52,584 nucleotides of DNA from IMG/VR virus record IMGVR_UViG_3300006802_016771, positions 1 through 52,584 of that record; one strand, written 5' to 3'. The DNA is from a virus. Taxonomy: Duplodnaviria; Caudoviricetes. The translations under genes were made by a program, and so were the position numbers. The notes under the pieces are model-generated. The model did no database searches, had not been told where the DNA came from, and was given only the letters and a program-made list of their open reading frames with translations. Position 1 is the stretch's first letter. The number at the start of each line of letters is the position of its first letter. This document shows, one piece after another, positions 18,328-27,912 of this stretch.

Positions 18328-18989
18328 TGTTTTGCGTCCGTATATCCATAAGCAAAACCATTGCGATGAGTCAATCTATTTGGCCAATGCTTATTGTACT
18401 GCATGTCGGTTGTAGCTAAACAACCAACTGCCATTCCTGCTGCACCCCCGACTCTTTGAGTGCCTGATTGCCCTATTGAGTGCGTATGGCCATGTAATAC
18501 CACACCCCCATTTGGGGAATATGTGTCGGCGTGTCTTTTTGTTGCGTATATTCCCGCAAAGTAGCCATGAATAAATCTAACTTTACCGATGTCATAGTAG
18601 CCACTTGAGGCATCATAGGGTATAATTTTGCAATTAATACTTTTGCATTTCTTTTCTATATCTCTCACGCCCTGTTTTGCCAAATCCATAACAAGGCCAA
18701 CACTATCATGTTCTGCTGTTTTCCATAAACGAGCATCATGATTTCCCAATAATAAAACATTTGGCTTAAATTTACTAAGGAACTCCAAACCTGCGTAAAC
18801 ATCAGCTTCCATGCTCTCGGCTCGCTCTGCAGGCCCTGCCCCTTTTCTTAGGGGTCGGAAATCGAATAGGTCGCCACCAAATACTTTTTTATCAGGCTTA
18901 AAATCTTTTATGAACTGCAGGAGAACATCCACAGATTCCGTATCTTGGTGGTCGCCATGGAGGTCACTGGCGAACACAAATTTCTTCAT
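18246..18989 (-). CDS. calcineurin-like metallophosphoesterase
   Basis: SDLHG, GGDLFD, GNHD, HG, HGHTH. Confidence 0.9.
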   Translation of the reverse strand: MKKFVFASDLHGDHQDTESVDVLLQFIKDFKPDKKVFGGDLFDFRPLRKGAGPAERAESMEADVYAGLEFLSKFKPNVLLLGNHDARLWKTAEHDSVGLVMDLAKQGVRDIEKKCKSINCKIIPYDASSGYYDIGKVRFIHGYFAGIYATKRHADTYSPNGGVVLHGHTHSIGQSGTQRVGGAAGMAVGCLATTDMQYNKHWPNRLTHRNGFAYGYTDAKQWEVFQAKKGLKGWALASEIKIYGRQP

Positions 18990-19210
18990 TTTTTTGTAGA
19001 TTTCCTTTTGTAACTCTTCTTTGGCTTAGCTAGGGCTACAGGGGCTACATCCTTGATGTTCTTGTACTCCTTAATAAGTTTCTGTACCAGGATTAGTACC
19101 GTTAGCACACCTGTAAGTGTAGCCAACATGGGGTTTACATATTGGTTTAATAAAAACGTAGTGGCAGTCCCACCAGTTCCCATGAGTATAGTTGAGTTTA
19201 TATCATTCAT
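18986..19210 (-). CDS. small membrane protein (holin-like)
   Basis: ATG at 19210 overlaps the upstream stop; two hydrophobic segments then a K-rich tail. Confidence 0.55.
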   Translation of the reverse strand: MNDINSTILMGTGGTATTFLLNQYVNPMLATLTGVLTVLILVQKLIKEYKNIKDVAPVALAKPKKSYKRKSTKK

Positions 19211-19683
19211 TGTTTTCCTGATGGTCCGAAATAAAAACCTATTATTGCGGGGTAGACCACAGTGGTCGTGACGAGAGCAATGTGCCCACTTGAGATTGTG
19301 ACTTGATCTTGGCTTGCTTGCCAACTGATGAGCCCAAACAAGATTTCGTTTCTTCCTTCTCCATTGAGGTTTGTAAGGGTAACGATTTGGGCTTCTGGAT
19401 AAAGGGTACAAAGGATTGTGACCGCACTGAGGGTAGACATCCCGATAACAGCCAGCAAACGGCGAGTACCACGAACAAACTTGCCACCATCGCCTTGATT
19501 GAGCTCAGCTTGAAGTCTAAGGAAATTATCGCTCGTTCGAGCCTCTCTCGCCATTTCAAGATCGTGCTTGTGCTGACGGGCTTCAAAAATATAACCAAAC
19601 ACGCCCTTAAGAATAGCGCCCATAGCCGTAGAACCACCACCAGTGATAAACAACGTAAGTAGTTCACCCATCTCACTGCTCAA
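19207..19683 (-). CDS. three-TM membrane protein, holin-like
   Basis: Three hydrophobic segments; FVRGTRR..IIGFYFG pattern resembling 3TM phage holins. Confidence 0.6.
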   Translation of the reverse strand: MSSEMGELLTLFITGGGSTAMGAILKGVFGYIFEARQHKHDLEMAREARTSDNFLRLQAELNQGDGGKFVRGTRRLLAVIGMSTLSAVTILCTLYPEAQIVTLTNLNGEGRNEILFGLISWQASQDQVTISSGHIALVTTTVVYPAIIGFYFGPSGKQ

Positions 19684-20038
19684 TAAAGTCGCTATGACCT
19701 TCGACTTTATCCCTTATGCGATCCAATTCTTTTTCAAGATACTTAATTCTTTCAAATTGTTGATAATCTGATGTGATTGGCTCATCTTGCTTTGCTACTA
19801 GGCTATCCAAGTCAGCCTTTGCTTGTTCTGCAAATTTTTCGATATGCATCATGCGAGCAGATAAGTCCCCTAACATAGTCCCTTCATGCTGAACTCTTCC
19901 TAATCCATTGTCTAGTTCATTTATTTTATTCCATATAACAGAATAGCCCCATACGCATGTGCCAACAATAGCGATAACCTTCGCCATGAATGCGAGGTTT
20001 GCTTTGACTTGGACATTATCTCCTACCTCAGTAGCCAT
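19673..20038 (-). CDS. N-terminal TM plus coiled-coil protein (i-spanin-like or other lysis protein)
   Basis: Start reassigned to MATEV (20038), 14 nt after GTTGACA; one TM then heptad-rich helix. Confidence 0.55.
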   Translation of the reverse strand: MATEVGDNVQVKANLAFMAKVIAIVGTCVWGYSVIWNKINELDNGLGRVQHEGTMLGDLSARMMHIEKFAEQAKADLDSLVAKQDEPITSDYQQFERIKYLEKELDRIRDKVEGHSDFIEQ

Positions 20039-20052
20039 GTGATAAGTGTTTT

Positions 20053-20059
20053 TGTCAAC
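20053..20059 (-). promoter_or_regulatory. GTTGACA element, 14 nt before the ATG at 20038
   Basis: GTTGACA-aaaacacttatcac-ATG. Confidence 0.7.
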
Positions 20060-20060
20060 C

Positions 20061-23000
20061 TTAAGGAACGACTTTACCTTCCTTACTTTTTGCCCCTGAT
20101 CTTGTCCCCTTGTATTCAACAATCGAGTCACCCTGAGTGCTCATAAGTTGTTTTTCCAATCGACCACCCCCCATATATACATAATCAGGATTATCAATAT
20201 CACTTAATCTCGTAATAATTACGCCAAAATCAAGTAGCCTGGAAGGACTTGAGTAGTATTTTCTCCACCTTGTGTCATCGGCAGGATGCTCGCGAGTCAT
20301 GGCTTCAATGTGGGCGGTCTTTGCATAGAATTGAAGCCTGTTAGCATAATATCTGCTATGCTTAACATAAGGGGTTCTTGTGGGCTTACCCCTAGTGCTT
20401 GCAATAGGGTTGCCATCCTTATACGCGATTTCATTGAATCTTATCGTTAATGCGTGCTCTACCGAGTCCGTTCCCTTGTGGTTCTCTGTCTCAAATTTAG
20501 AGGATGGTGAAACATCCCCATATTTCTCCCCGCCCTTGTCCTTTTTTGCACTATATGGATCACCATCTAATTCTTTCCATCCACGTTTTACAACTTCAAT
20601 GATAAAGGACTTGGATGATGAAGAGGTGAACACAGAGGGCACTTTAGCATCACATACTTCGGTATTAGCATTATTATAAATCCCCCCAGGAATCTTTGGA
20701 GCACATGGGTTGGGTGCGCAGCATGAGTTATTATTTGAGTAAGTCTTAAACCCAGGTGTGCCCTTGCCTTTGCATACAGGGTCACCTACTTTACACTGGC
20801 CATCCACTTTTGCTTCTGCTCTATATCCAATTTTACAAGGTGGATCAGAGCCTAGAACGATTTCTTTACAATCTATATCACACGTACTGTTTCTGTATTT
20901 TTTATTATAGTTTAATTGTGGATAGATATAGGGATGTCCATAATCAAAATCCCTCATATCATATTCAGCTGGTTCTCTATTCTCAACACTTGATGGAAGT
21001 CTTCCATTCCAGTTCGGGTTTGATAAAATACTACGATGGAAAACCTTACACCACCCATGTTCTTCGGGATCAACATGCGCTCCATGATATCTTAATTCAT
21101 TTAGATAATTCCCAGACTCACCTGACACATCTGTGTTAGAGAAAAGACTATCATCCCCAGTGGGTAAACCCTGAGGAACAGCGAATGTTTTTCTTACCCA
21201 CCTTATATTTCCAATGCCTCTGAAAACCTTCCATGCTCCCTTGCCCATCCACACTGATGAAATATCAAAAGGAAAATGCATACCCCAAGCTATAGAAACA
21301 TCTGCGGGCCAAGAGTTGGCTCTAACCATTCTATTAGGAAGTCTAATTTTTGGGTAGTAGTTGTTCGGGCAACTAGATACATTGGGTCTCCATAAGTGAC
21401 GAGCAGGGCATTTTACCATGACAGGGACATCCTTTTCGCAAAAAAGCATGTGCCTACACTTGGGATGATACTTAGAATCAAGCTTGAATTTTCTATATAT
21501 AAACCAATCTAATTCCTCCCACTCCTTTACTAATCGAGATTGTATTGTTTCATTGAAATTTGGCTCTCTGATCTTCTTGTAATCTATACCTATATTTGTT
21601 TCCTTTTTTTCAGAAATTACATAACCTTCGCAATTCTCGAGGAACTTTGGAACTTCAATGTAATCCCATTCTACGGGCATATTTTCATATGTTTCTAGCG
21701 AAGTTGGTACTTCATAAATTTTCCAGGTTTTTGGTATGTGAGCTTCAATAGGTTCATTGGTAAATGCATAAAATTCGCGGAGCTTCCAATCTATTATTAC
21801 CTTTTCTGACTTATATTGTGTGGGGATTGATAATCTCTCATATGTCGCAGGGAGCCTAGGCTTCTCTGTTTCTGTAACCGCTACGAAGGGTAGCAAAGTT
21901 TTTATGAATTTTTTTGTTTCAAAATTAGTTGGGATTTTTTCTGTATTAGTAGAATCAACAAGCTTAAATTCGTTAAAAGTGCTAGGATAACTTATGTCTA
22001 TTATATTTTCAGGCAAATTAACAGATGCGGTAGTAACTGGTATCTTGAAATCAGCAAACATATCTGGGTAGAAAATAGTCTCAAGTTCTTTAATGGACGT
22101 TATGTCACTAAACTCAATAGGACTTTTAATATCCTTATATTTTTTGGGGACATCTACACTTTTTGTGTAAACTTCACTCGCTGTTACTTTATTTAAGGTA
22201 TATACGGTTACATCTTCAGTACTCTTCACACCTTGCGATGCTCCATTCTTTGAAGGTGTATTAATAGCAAAAGTGTTCCAAACAGTTGGCACAGAAGAGC
22301 CATCCATAATATCAACTTTTAAGATTTGATAAGTAAATGGATCAATCGTGACTGTCCCCGAGACCTGTCCGCATGTGCCTGGGGTATAGCTAATTAAAGC
22401 GCCCTCACCGCCTTTACCTCCTTTTCCTCCCTTTCCTCCAGGACCTCCTTTGCCACCTTTACCGCCCTCACCGCCTTTGCCGCCCATGCCGCGCGTGCCG
22501 CCTTTTCCACCTTTGCCACCAGGACCTCCAGGACCTCCAGGACCACCAGGACCTCCCTTGCCACCTTGACCGCCTCGACCGCCTCGACCGCCTTTGCCGC
22601 CCTGACCACCTTTTCCACCTTGACCACCTCGACCGCCCATGCCGCCCATGCCGCCCTTGCCGCCTTTGCCGCCTTTGCCGCCTTTGCCGCCTCGACCACC
22701 AACGCCTCCAATTCCACCTTTTCCACCTCTGCCACCTTGACCGCCAGCGCCACCTCTGCCGCCTCGACCACCGCGACCGCCAGTGCCGCCTTTGCCGCCT
22801 CGACCGCCTCTACCTCCAGGACCTCCAGGACCTCCAGGACCGCCGTAACATGGGGGGCCACAACTAGAGCCACCCCCAGGGCTTCCAAGGCTTCCAGGGC
22901 TTCCAGGTTCTCCACCCGCTCCATTCCCTCCATCAACACCAAAATCACCATGAGCACCGCTCCACCCCCCTGGGCCATAGCTTCCTTCACTGCCACCACT

Positions 23001-26000
23001 ACCGCCGGCTCCTGAAGAACCTAAGCTTCCGAAGTCTCCACTAGAACCTGCTCCACCCGTAAAACCCGCTGTGCCACCTGCGCCACCTTCACCGCCGGCC
23101 CCATCAATCCCATCAATCCCATCTTCACCACCATCCCCAAGGGCTCCACGCTCACCACCTTCGCCTGTAAATCCAAAATTGCCTAGTACCCCCGAATCCC
23201 CGCTTTCCCCCTCTTTTCCATCTTTAGCACTTTTCCCATCTTTCCCGAGTTCACCATCTTCACCGTCTTCACCATCTGCTCCATCTTCTCCGTCTTCTCC
23301 ATCTATGCCATCTATGCCAGGTTCTCCATCTTTACCATCTAAGCCTTCTTCACCCTCGCCTGGAGGGCCTATATCTACAACTGGCTGCTTGCACCCCTTG
23401 AGTGTAATATCATGGCTCGCGGTAAGGTTTGCCGTTCTATCTTCCTCATCAAAGAAGTAATACTTGAGCTTCTCTTCGCCACTTATTACCGAAACATATT
23501 CTTGGAAAATTTTAATCTTATCAATGCTTTCAAGTTCTTTTATCGCTAGAATATTCTTTTGGCTTTTGATTTGTGCTACATCGACTGTATTTACGGTTGA
23601 TATAACCTTTACGGATTGTGTGCCGTCGACTCCCTGCGCGCCCTCAAACTTTGTTGCGACATTATAATATTCTGTGGACTTAACACCTTGTGAGTCAGCC
23701 CAATTTACGGGTAACCCCTCTTGCCTATATGATGTAGGTAGATCATATTTCTTTACTGCAGTAAAAGCTTTAGCGTCGCTCCAATCTACGGGTACGCCAA
23801 CAGTGGTGTATGATGCAGGTAGATTATATTCTGTATATTTTGTCGGAATTTCAATATCTTCTGTTTCCTTAATAGCCTGGCTATTCACAGATTTAAATAT
23901 GGTTGTGCGATATTCGAGACTTACCGTAAAATAATAATACTTAGGAGTTTTACCCAACAAGTATGTATCATCTTTGACGTGCTGGACCATGTCTTTAAAA
24001 TAATCAACACCTCCCTCTTCACCAACTAATGCCGTCTTCCAACTTTTTGGTAACATAGTGGTATCATATTCGTCGACACTAGTTATATCAGCATATTTAT
24101 ATGGGTAATAAGATTTACGGAGATCATTTGCCCCCCATATTCTCATTTTTTCACATAATTTAATGGGAATTTGAGCATTTTCTAGTAATTTTTGAGCTTG
24201 AAACTCATCTTCCCAGGCTTCAAATGCCGCAAATTTTTTGAGATTATGAAGTGTTTTTGGTATCCATTTCTTAGTACCATCAGGGTCTTTAATTGGAAGT
24301 TCAAACACTTTTCTCTCAATTGGTGCTTCAAGTGGACTAATTTCACTTTCAACCCATTTCTTTTGCTTTTTCTTCGTTTCAACTTCAATTCTATCAGGAA
24401 ATGGAATATCCCTCCATGTGGAAGGACAAGCATTTCCTCCAGTAAATTGTCTTGGTCCATCCAAGAAATACATTTGATCATCAGTTGTTTTACATGGATA
24501 CCATTTAGTTTTTGGCTTGTTATCTTGAAATACTAATGTAGTAGGGCATGATGGACTCATTGAGCAATATGGCGCCCCATGTGACCCATCAACATACGGG
24601 ATCGCGCCGTGTGGCTTTAGCACCCCATTATGCGGACAATATTTCGGTGACACAGTGCAACTCCCTGTTGTTTTTCCTCCCTCTCGGAAACCAAACTGGA
24701 TAGGAACGCCATAGTTATTGGCTTTAGTATTAGCTGAAAGCAAGTGATACCCAGCTTCATTTATACCATGTTTACAGTATTCACCATACGGGTAGTTTGG
24801 GTCAGGCGGAAAAGGATTCGTGGCAACATTGCGACCATATTTCTGGATATCTCGTTGTCCCTTGAAGTACCCATAACGTAGGTTTTGTGATATTTCACTT
24901 GATCTTGACCAGACAGACCTAAATTCTGTCGTTGTTGTCCCATCGGTAAAAACTGGAACCCACAGTGTTTCATATGTAATTTTCGGTATTTCCCAACAAC
25001 CTATTTTCCAATGACACATTTCAGGTATAGCTTGTATGAAACCAAATCCATTTCTCATTTGGCTCGTCACAAATTGTTTTTCGGATGCTAATGGCTGGTC
25101 AGCAGTTGTACGATAAGGGCTTGCCATCCGCAAACCTCTGAACTGGTAGTCTTTCTTTTCCTTACAGATTGAAGATTTCTTGCATCTTAAATCCCCAGCG
25201 TGCTTGTGGTTTAAATTATCAAAATCGCGCCCAGTTATGTCCGAAGTTAGTGACCGACTATCTCCCGAACCCATGCCCACTGAATTATACCAAGGGCGAA
25301 TTACAGCGTCATGATTTATGCATTGTAGGGGTGCGTTTGTGGCGTTTAATAGACGGAATGAAAAATTAACATTTGCTTGGAAGTCGCCTAAATTTCTTGT
25401 TGTAGTATTTAAGGTTTCATACATTACAGCCACAGTTCTTTCAGGAGTAGACTTATCACCTTCATCACGATAGCCCCCTACTGTCGCCCACTTCACTGTT
25501 GTCCTAGCTGGATAATTCATGGATGGCTCATCATCCTCATGTGACATGAAAGTAGATGAATCCATTTCAATTTTATAAACCCCTGGCTCTAGAAATTCGA
25601 TACACGACCTAGCGTATTTATTTGGACTATTGAAACTGTCTTCGGCTGATATATTCTTTGCTCGTTTTTTAAAGGTATCAATCCTCATCTTGGCTATTGC
25701 CCTGCCAGTTGTAGAGAGTGGTTGAAGAAAATTACATACATCCAATGGAAGTGTTTTACATTCATACCCATAACCAATAGCGTTACCCCCACTTTGATTA
25801 TCAGCTGGAATAACAGGAGCAGTGAATGGTTGACCCGGAAATGGGTTCAATGCATGTAAGCCTCCATCTGTGTATCTGTCTTCCCTGCCATCTCTCCTTG
25901 AGCGCTTTCCAGGGTCTTGCCCAATTGTGCCCACTATATCATCCCAACCATCGCTCTGAAAAGCGAAGTGTGCGGTTGATATAGGGTTGGGCTGGCGCGC

Positions 26001-26192
26001 TTGGCGATTGGAGGAAATTGATATTAATCCCTTACCCTTTTTTATTTGGGTATTTGCGCCTTGTGCTAGATTGTCCCCACCAGCAAGTGCTTTGATTGCA
26101 TCCTGTATGGCGTTTATCCTTTCCGCCGTGAGGACATCAAGCAAATCCTTGCCCGCACTAACTCTCGTTAGTTTTGATAATACATCTAACAT
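20061..26192 (-). CDS. giant tail fibre/adhesin with central collagen-like and poly-GGX region
   Basis: 2043 aa; last tail gene; N-terminal LTAERINAIQDAI; about 105 Gly-X-Y/GGX triplets; Cys-rich flanks. Confidence 0.8.
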   Translation of the reverse strand: MLDVLSKLTRVSAGKDLLDVLTAERINAIQDAIKALAGGDNLAQGANTQIKKGKGLISISSNRQARQPNPISTAHFAFQSDGWDDIVGTIGQDPGKRSRRDGREDRYTDGGLHALNPFPGQPFTAPVIPADNQSGGNAIGYGYECKTLPLDVCNFLQPLSTTGRAIAKMRIDTFKKRAKNISAEDSFNSPNKYARSCIEFLEPGVYKIEMDSSTFMSHEDDEPSMNYPARTTVKWATVGGYRDEGDKSTPERTVAVMYETLNTTTRNLGDFQANVNFSFRLLNATNAPLQCINHDAVIRPWYNSVGMGSGDSRSLTSDITGRDFDNLNHKHAGDLRCKKSSICKEKKDYQFRGLRMASPYRTTADQPLASEKQFVTSQMRNGFGFIQAIPEMCHWKIGCWEIPKITYETLWVPVFTDGTTTTEFRSVWSRSSEISQNLRYGYFKGQRDIQKYGRNVATNPFPPDPNYPYGEYCKHGINEAGYHLLSANTKANNYGVPIQFGFREGGKTTGSCTVSPKYCPHNGVLKPHGAIPYVDGSHGAPYCSMSPSCPTTLVFQDNKPKTKWYPCKTTDDQMYFLDGPRQFTGGNACPSTWRDIPFPDRIEVETKKKQKKWVESEISPLEAPIERKVFELPIKDPDGTKKWIPKTLHNLKKFAAFEAWEDEFQAQKLLENAQIPIKLCEKMRIWGANDLRKSYYPYKYADITSVDEYDTTMLPKSWKTALVGEEGGVDYFKDMVQHVKDDTYLLGKTPKYYYFTVSLEYRTTIFKSVNSQAIKETEDIEIPTKYTEYNLPASYTTVGVPVDWSDAKAFTAVKKYDLPTSYRQEGLPVNWADSQGVKSTEYYNVATKFEGAQGVDGTQSVKVISTVNTVDVAQIKSQKNILAIKELESIDKIKIFQEYVSVISGEEKLKYYFFDEEDRTANLTASHDITLKGCKQPVVDIGPPGEGEEGLDGKDGEPGIDGIDGEDGEDGADGEDGEDGELGKDGKSAKDGKEGESGDSGVLGNFGFTGEGGERGALGDGGEDGIDGIDGAGGEGGAGGTAGFTGGAGSSGDFGSLGSSGAGGSGGSEGSYGPGGWSGAHGDFGVDGGNGAGGEPGSPGSLGSPGGGSSCGPPCYGGPGGPGGPGGRGGRGGKGGTGGRGGRGGRGGAGGQGGRGGKGGIGGVGGRGGKGGKGGKGGKGGMGGMGGRGGQGGKGGQGGKGGRGGRGGQGGKGGPGGPGGPGGPGGKGGKGGTRGMGGKGGEGGKGGKGGPGGKGGKGGKGGEGALISYTPGTCGQVSGTVTIDPFTYQILKVDIMDGSSVPTVWNTFAINTPSKNGASQGVKSTEDVTVYTLNKVTASEVYTKSVDVPKKYKDIKSPIEFSDITSIKELETIFYPDMFADFKIPVTTASVNLPENIIDISYPSTFNEFKLVDSTNTEKIPTNFETKKFIKTLLPFVAVTETEKPRLPATYERLSIPTQYKSEKVIIDWKLREFYAFTNEPIEAHIPKTWKIYEVPTSLETYENMPVEWDYIEVPKFLENCEGYVISEKKETNIGIDYKKIREPNFNETIQSRLVKEWEELDWFIYRKFKLDSKYHPKCRHMLFCEKDVPVMVKCPARHLWRPNVSSCPNNYYPKIRLPNRMVRANSWPADVSIAWGMHFPFDISSVWMGKGAWKVFRGIGNIRWVRKTFAVPQGLPTGDDSLFSNTDVSGESGNYLNELRYHGAHVDPEEHGWCKVFHRSILSNPNWNGRLPSSVENREPAEYDMRDFDYGHPYIYPQLNYNKKYRNSTCDIDCKEIVLGSDPPCKIGYRAEAKVDGQCKVGDPVCKGKGTPGFKTYSNNNSCCAPNPCAPKIPGGIYNNANTEVCDAKVPSVFTSSSSKSFIIEVVKRGWKELDGDPYSAKKDKGGEKYGDVSPSSKFETENHKGTDSVEHALTIRFNEIAYKDGNPIASTRGKPTRTPYVKHSRYYANRLQFYAKTAHIEAMTREHPADDTRWRKYYSSPSRLLDFGVIITRLSDIDNPDYVYMGGGRLEKQLMSTQGDSIVEYKGTRSGAKSKEGKVVP
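22400..23369 (-). repeat. Gly-triplet repeat region (acidic G-X-Y arm, CGPPC, basic G-G-X arm)
   Basis: 9-nt periodic repeats such as gccgccttt and acctccagg on the plus strand. Confidence 0.95.
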
Positions 26193-27064
26193 TATTCCCA
26201 GCTCATAGTTGAAGGCTTGCTTAAGTTAATAGTTGACCCATCTTGATAAATCAAGCGATTCCAACCACCTAAGCTAGAAAGAAATTCATATTCAAGTCTA
26301 TAAAACACACCTTGATTCGCCTTTGAGCCGAGAGTTATTGCATTTGAATTGAAACTCGTTAGCAACCAATCACTTTCATTTCCTCGAAAATCGGGTAATT
26401 CAGGAGGATCACCCCCTGAAATTGCAATGATTTTACCTACTAACCTTCCATGATTCTTCTTATTTTTAGACAATATACTATATGTGTACTTTAATTGACC
26501 TGCCCCTAAAAAGTCAGTAACCCCCATGAGCCTGCAATGCGGGCCACTATTTTTTTTTGTACATGGAGCATAGTGCCCCTGTCTGCCATCCTGCCCATCT
26601 GGTACTGGACCAAATTTTAAAAATTTACCATCTTCTAAAATCCTGCCAAATTCATTAGGGCTATCCCCTTCTCCAAACACTGGTCCCCAGGAGAACTTAG
26701 TATTCGTGTAATTAACATGAAGATCAATAGGGATAGTATTGGTGTTTTGAGAAACTCTGGATATTGGTGATTTATACCTCTGATTATCGTCGGCGAATCC
26801 TTTATATGTCTCCCTAATTTCATGCAACCCAGGAGCATCATCGCTTACCACATAATCAGTGAGATACATTTCTTGATGACCAGGCAATTTTTGACCTAAA
26901 GTAGGAAGCTTTTCCGTGATTTTAAAATCACCAGGGTTTGCTGCTCTATGTTTTACTAAAGTAAAAACATCAAAATCCGTATTACTAGTTTGGAAGCTTG
27001 AGTTGGCGCCAATAAACCATTTCTCGCACTTGAAGCCTTCTTCGCTGGAAATGATGGTCGTCAT
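26192..27064 (-). CDS. tail tip/baseplate protein (paralogue of 27061..27912)
   Basis: Follows the TMP; shares IDxHxNY, FGxGxSPNxxGR, GQLxYxYSILS and GGW with its neighbour. Confidence 0.7.
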   Translation of the reverse strand: MTTIISSEEGFKCEKWFIGANSSFQTSNTDFDVFTLVKHRAANPGDFKITEKLPTLGQKLPGHQEMYLTDYVVSDDAPGLHEIRETYKGFADDNQRYKSPISRVSQNTNTIPIDLHVNYTNTKFSWGPVFGEGDSPNEFGRILEDGKFLKFGPVPDGQDGRQGHYAPCTKKNSGPHCRLMGVTDFLGAGQLKYTYSILSKNKKNHGRLVGKIIAISGGDPPELPDFRGNESDWLLTSFNSNAITLGSKANQGVFYRLEYEFLSSLGGWNRLIYQDGSTINLSKPSTMSWE

Positions 27065-27912
27065 AATGCCCCCGAGAGATCATCTAGGTCCCACGCTGAA
27101 CCTTGTTTTTGTTTATATATCCAAGGATGCCAACCGCCTGCTCCGCTACCCAGGAATGTAACGGTCGTTTTATAAAACTTCTTATCCCCGACATAAATTA
27201 TTTCTCTTGAGTATCCATTAAATAGCCAATCTCCGTTAATTTCAGGTGGTGGTATAAGTTGAGATTTAAGCTTACCTTTCTGGCCTATTTGATCCATTAT
27301 ATCCTCAAGCCAATCCTTTGATGATAATATTGAATAATCATAGGATAATTGACCCACGGTTAAGTAAGACTCAACACCGACCATCATGCACCCCCAGGTC
27401 TTTGGGTCATCTCTCTTTTGACCACACCAGATGGTGTCGGTCTTACCAAAACGAAGAAAAGCACCATCAGCATCGGTGACCCTACCATACCTATTTGGGC
27501 TTGGTCCCGTACCGAATAGTTCCTCATCCTTTTCGGCCCAAGTATCTGGCCTATATTGATAGTTTGGGTGAGTATCTATACCTTCTTCATTCAAAAATAT
27601 ACCCCCTCCCCCCTCGGGGATTTTCTTTGAAATTATCCCCTTGAATAAAACATCAGCATATAAAGCACCCCTAGTTCTACTAATATTTACTGTGTCGCAA
27701 TAAAGGCTTGAGACGAAGGTTTGGTCTATTTGTGAACCTAAATTGTCTTCAATTGGATCGCCTGGTACATATAGCGTACTCTGCCAATTCGTACCAAGTA
27801 AAAACCTCATACTTAATTCATCAAAATTAGTACGAGACAGCTTCAGCTGCGGATTCGGTTGCGCCAAAATTCCAGCGCGACACTTAAATGCATTTAAACC
27901 TGGGTAAGCCAT
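27061..27912 (-). CDS. tail tip/baseplate protein (paralogue of 26192..27064)
   Basis: Immediately downstream of the TMP; same shared motifs. Confidence 0.7.
   Translation of the reverse strand: MAYPGLNAFKCRAGILAQPNPQLKLSRTNFDELSMRFLLGTNWQSTLYVPGDPIEDNLGSQIDQTFVSSLYCDTVNISRTRGALYADVLFKGIISKKIPEGGGGIFLNEEGIDTHPNYQYRPDTWAEKDEELFGTGPSPNRYGRVTDADGAFLRFGKTDTIWCGQKRDDPKTWGCMMVGVESYLTVGQLSYDYSILSSKDWLEDIMDQIGQKGKLKSQLIPPPEINGDWLFNGYSREIIYVGDKKFYKTTVTFLGSGAGGWHPWIYKQKQGSAWDLDDLSGAL

Noticed and set aside
22400-22850. Tandem DNA repeats resembling a CRISPR or VNTR array
   Set aside because: The 9-nt periodicity is explained by GGX codons; there is no constant repeat with unique spacers and no cas operon (the Cas4-like gene is in a recombination module)
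22394-23460. ORFs 22394..22999 (-), 22566..23015 (+) and 23071..23460 (+)
   Set aside because: Stop-free shadows of the Gly-triplet repeat in other frames, with no independent coding signal
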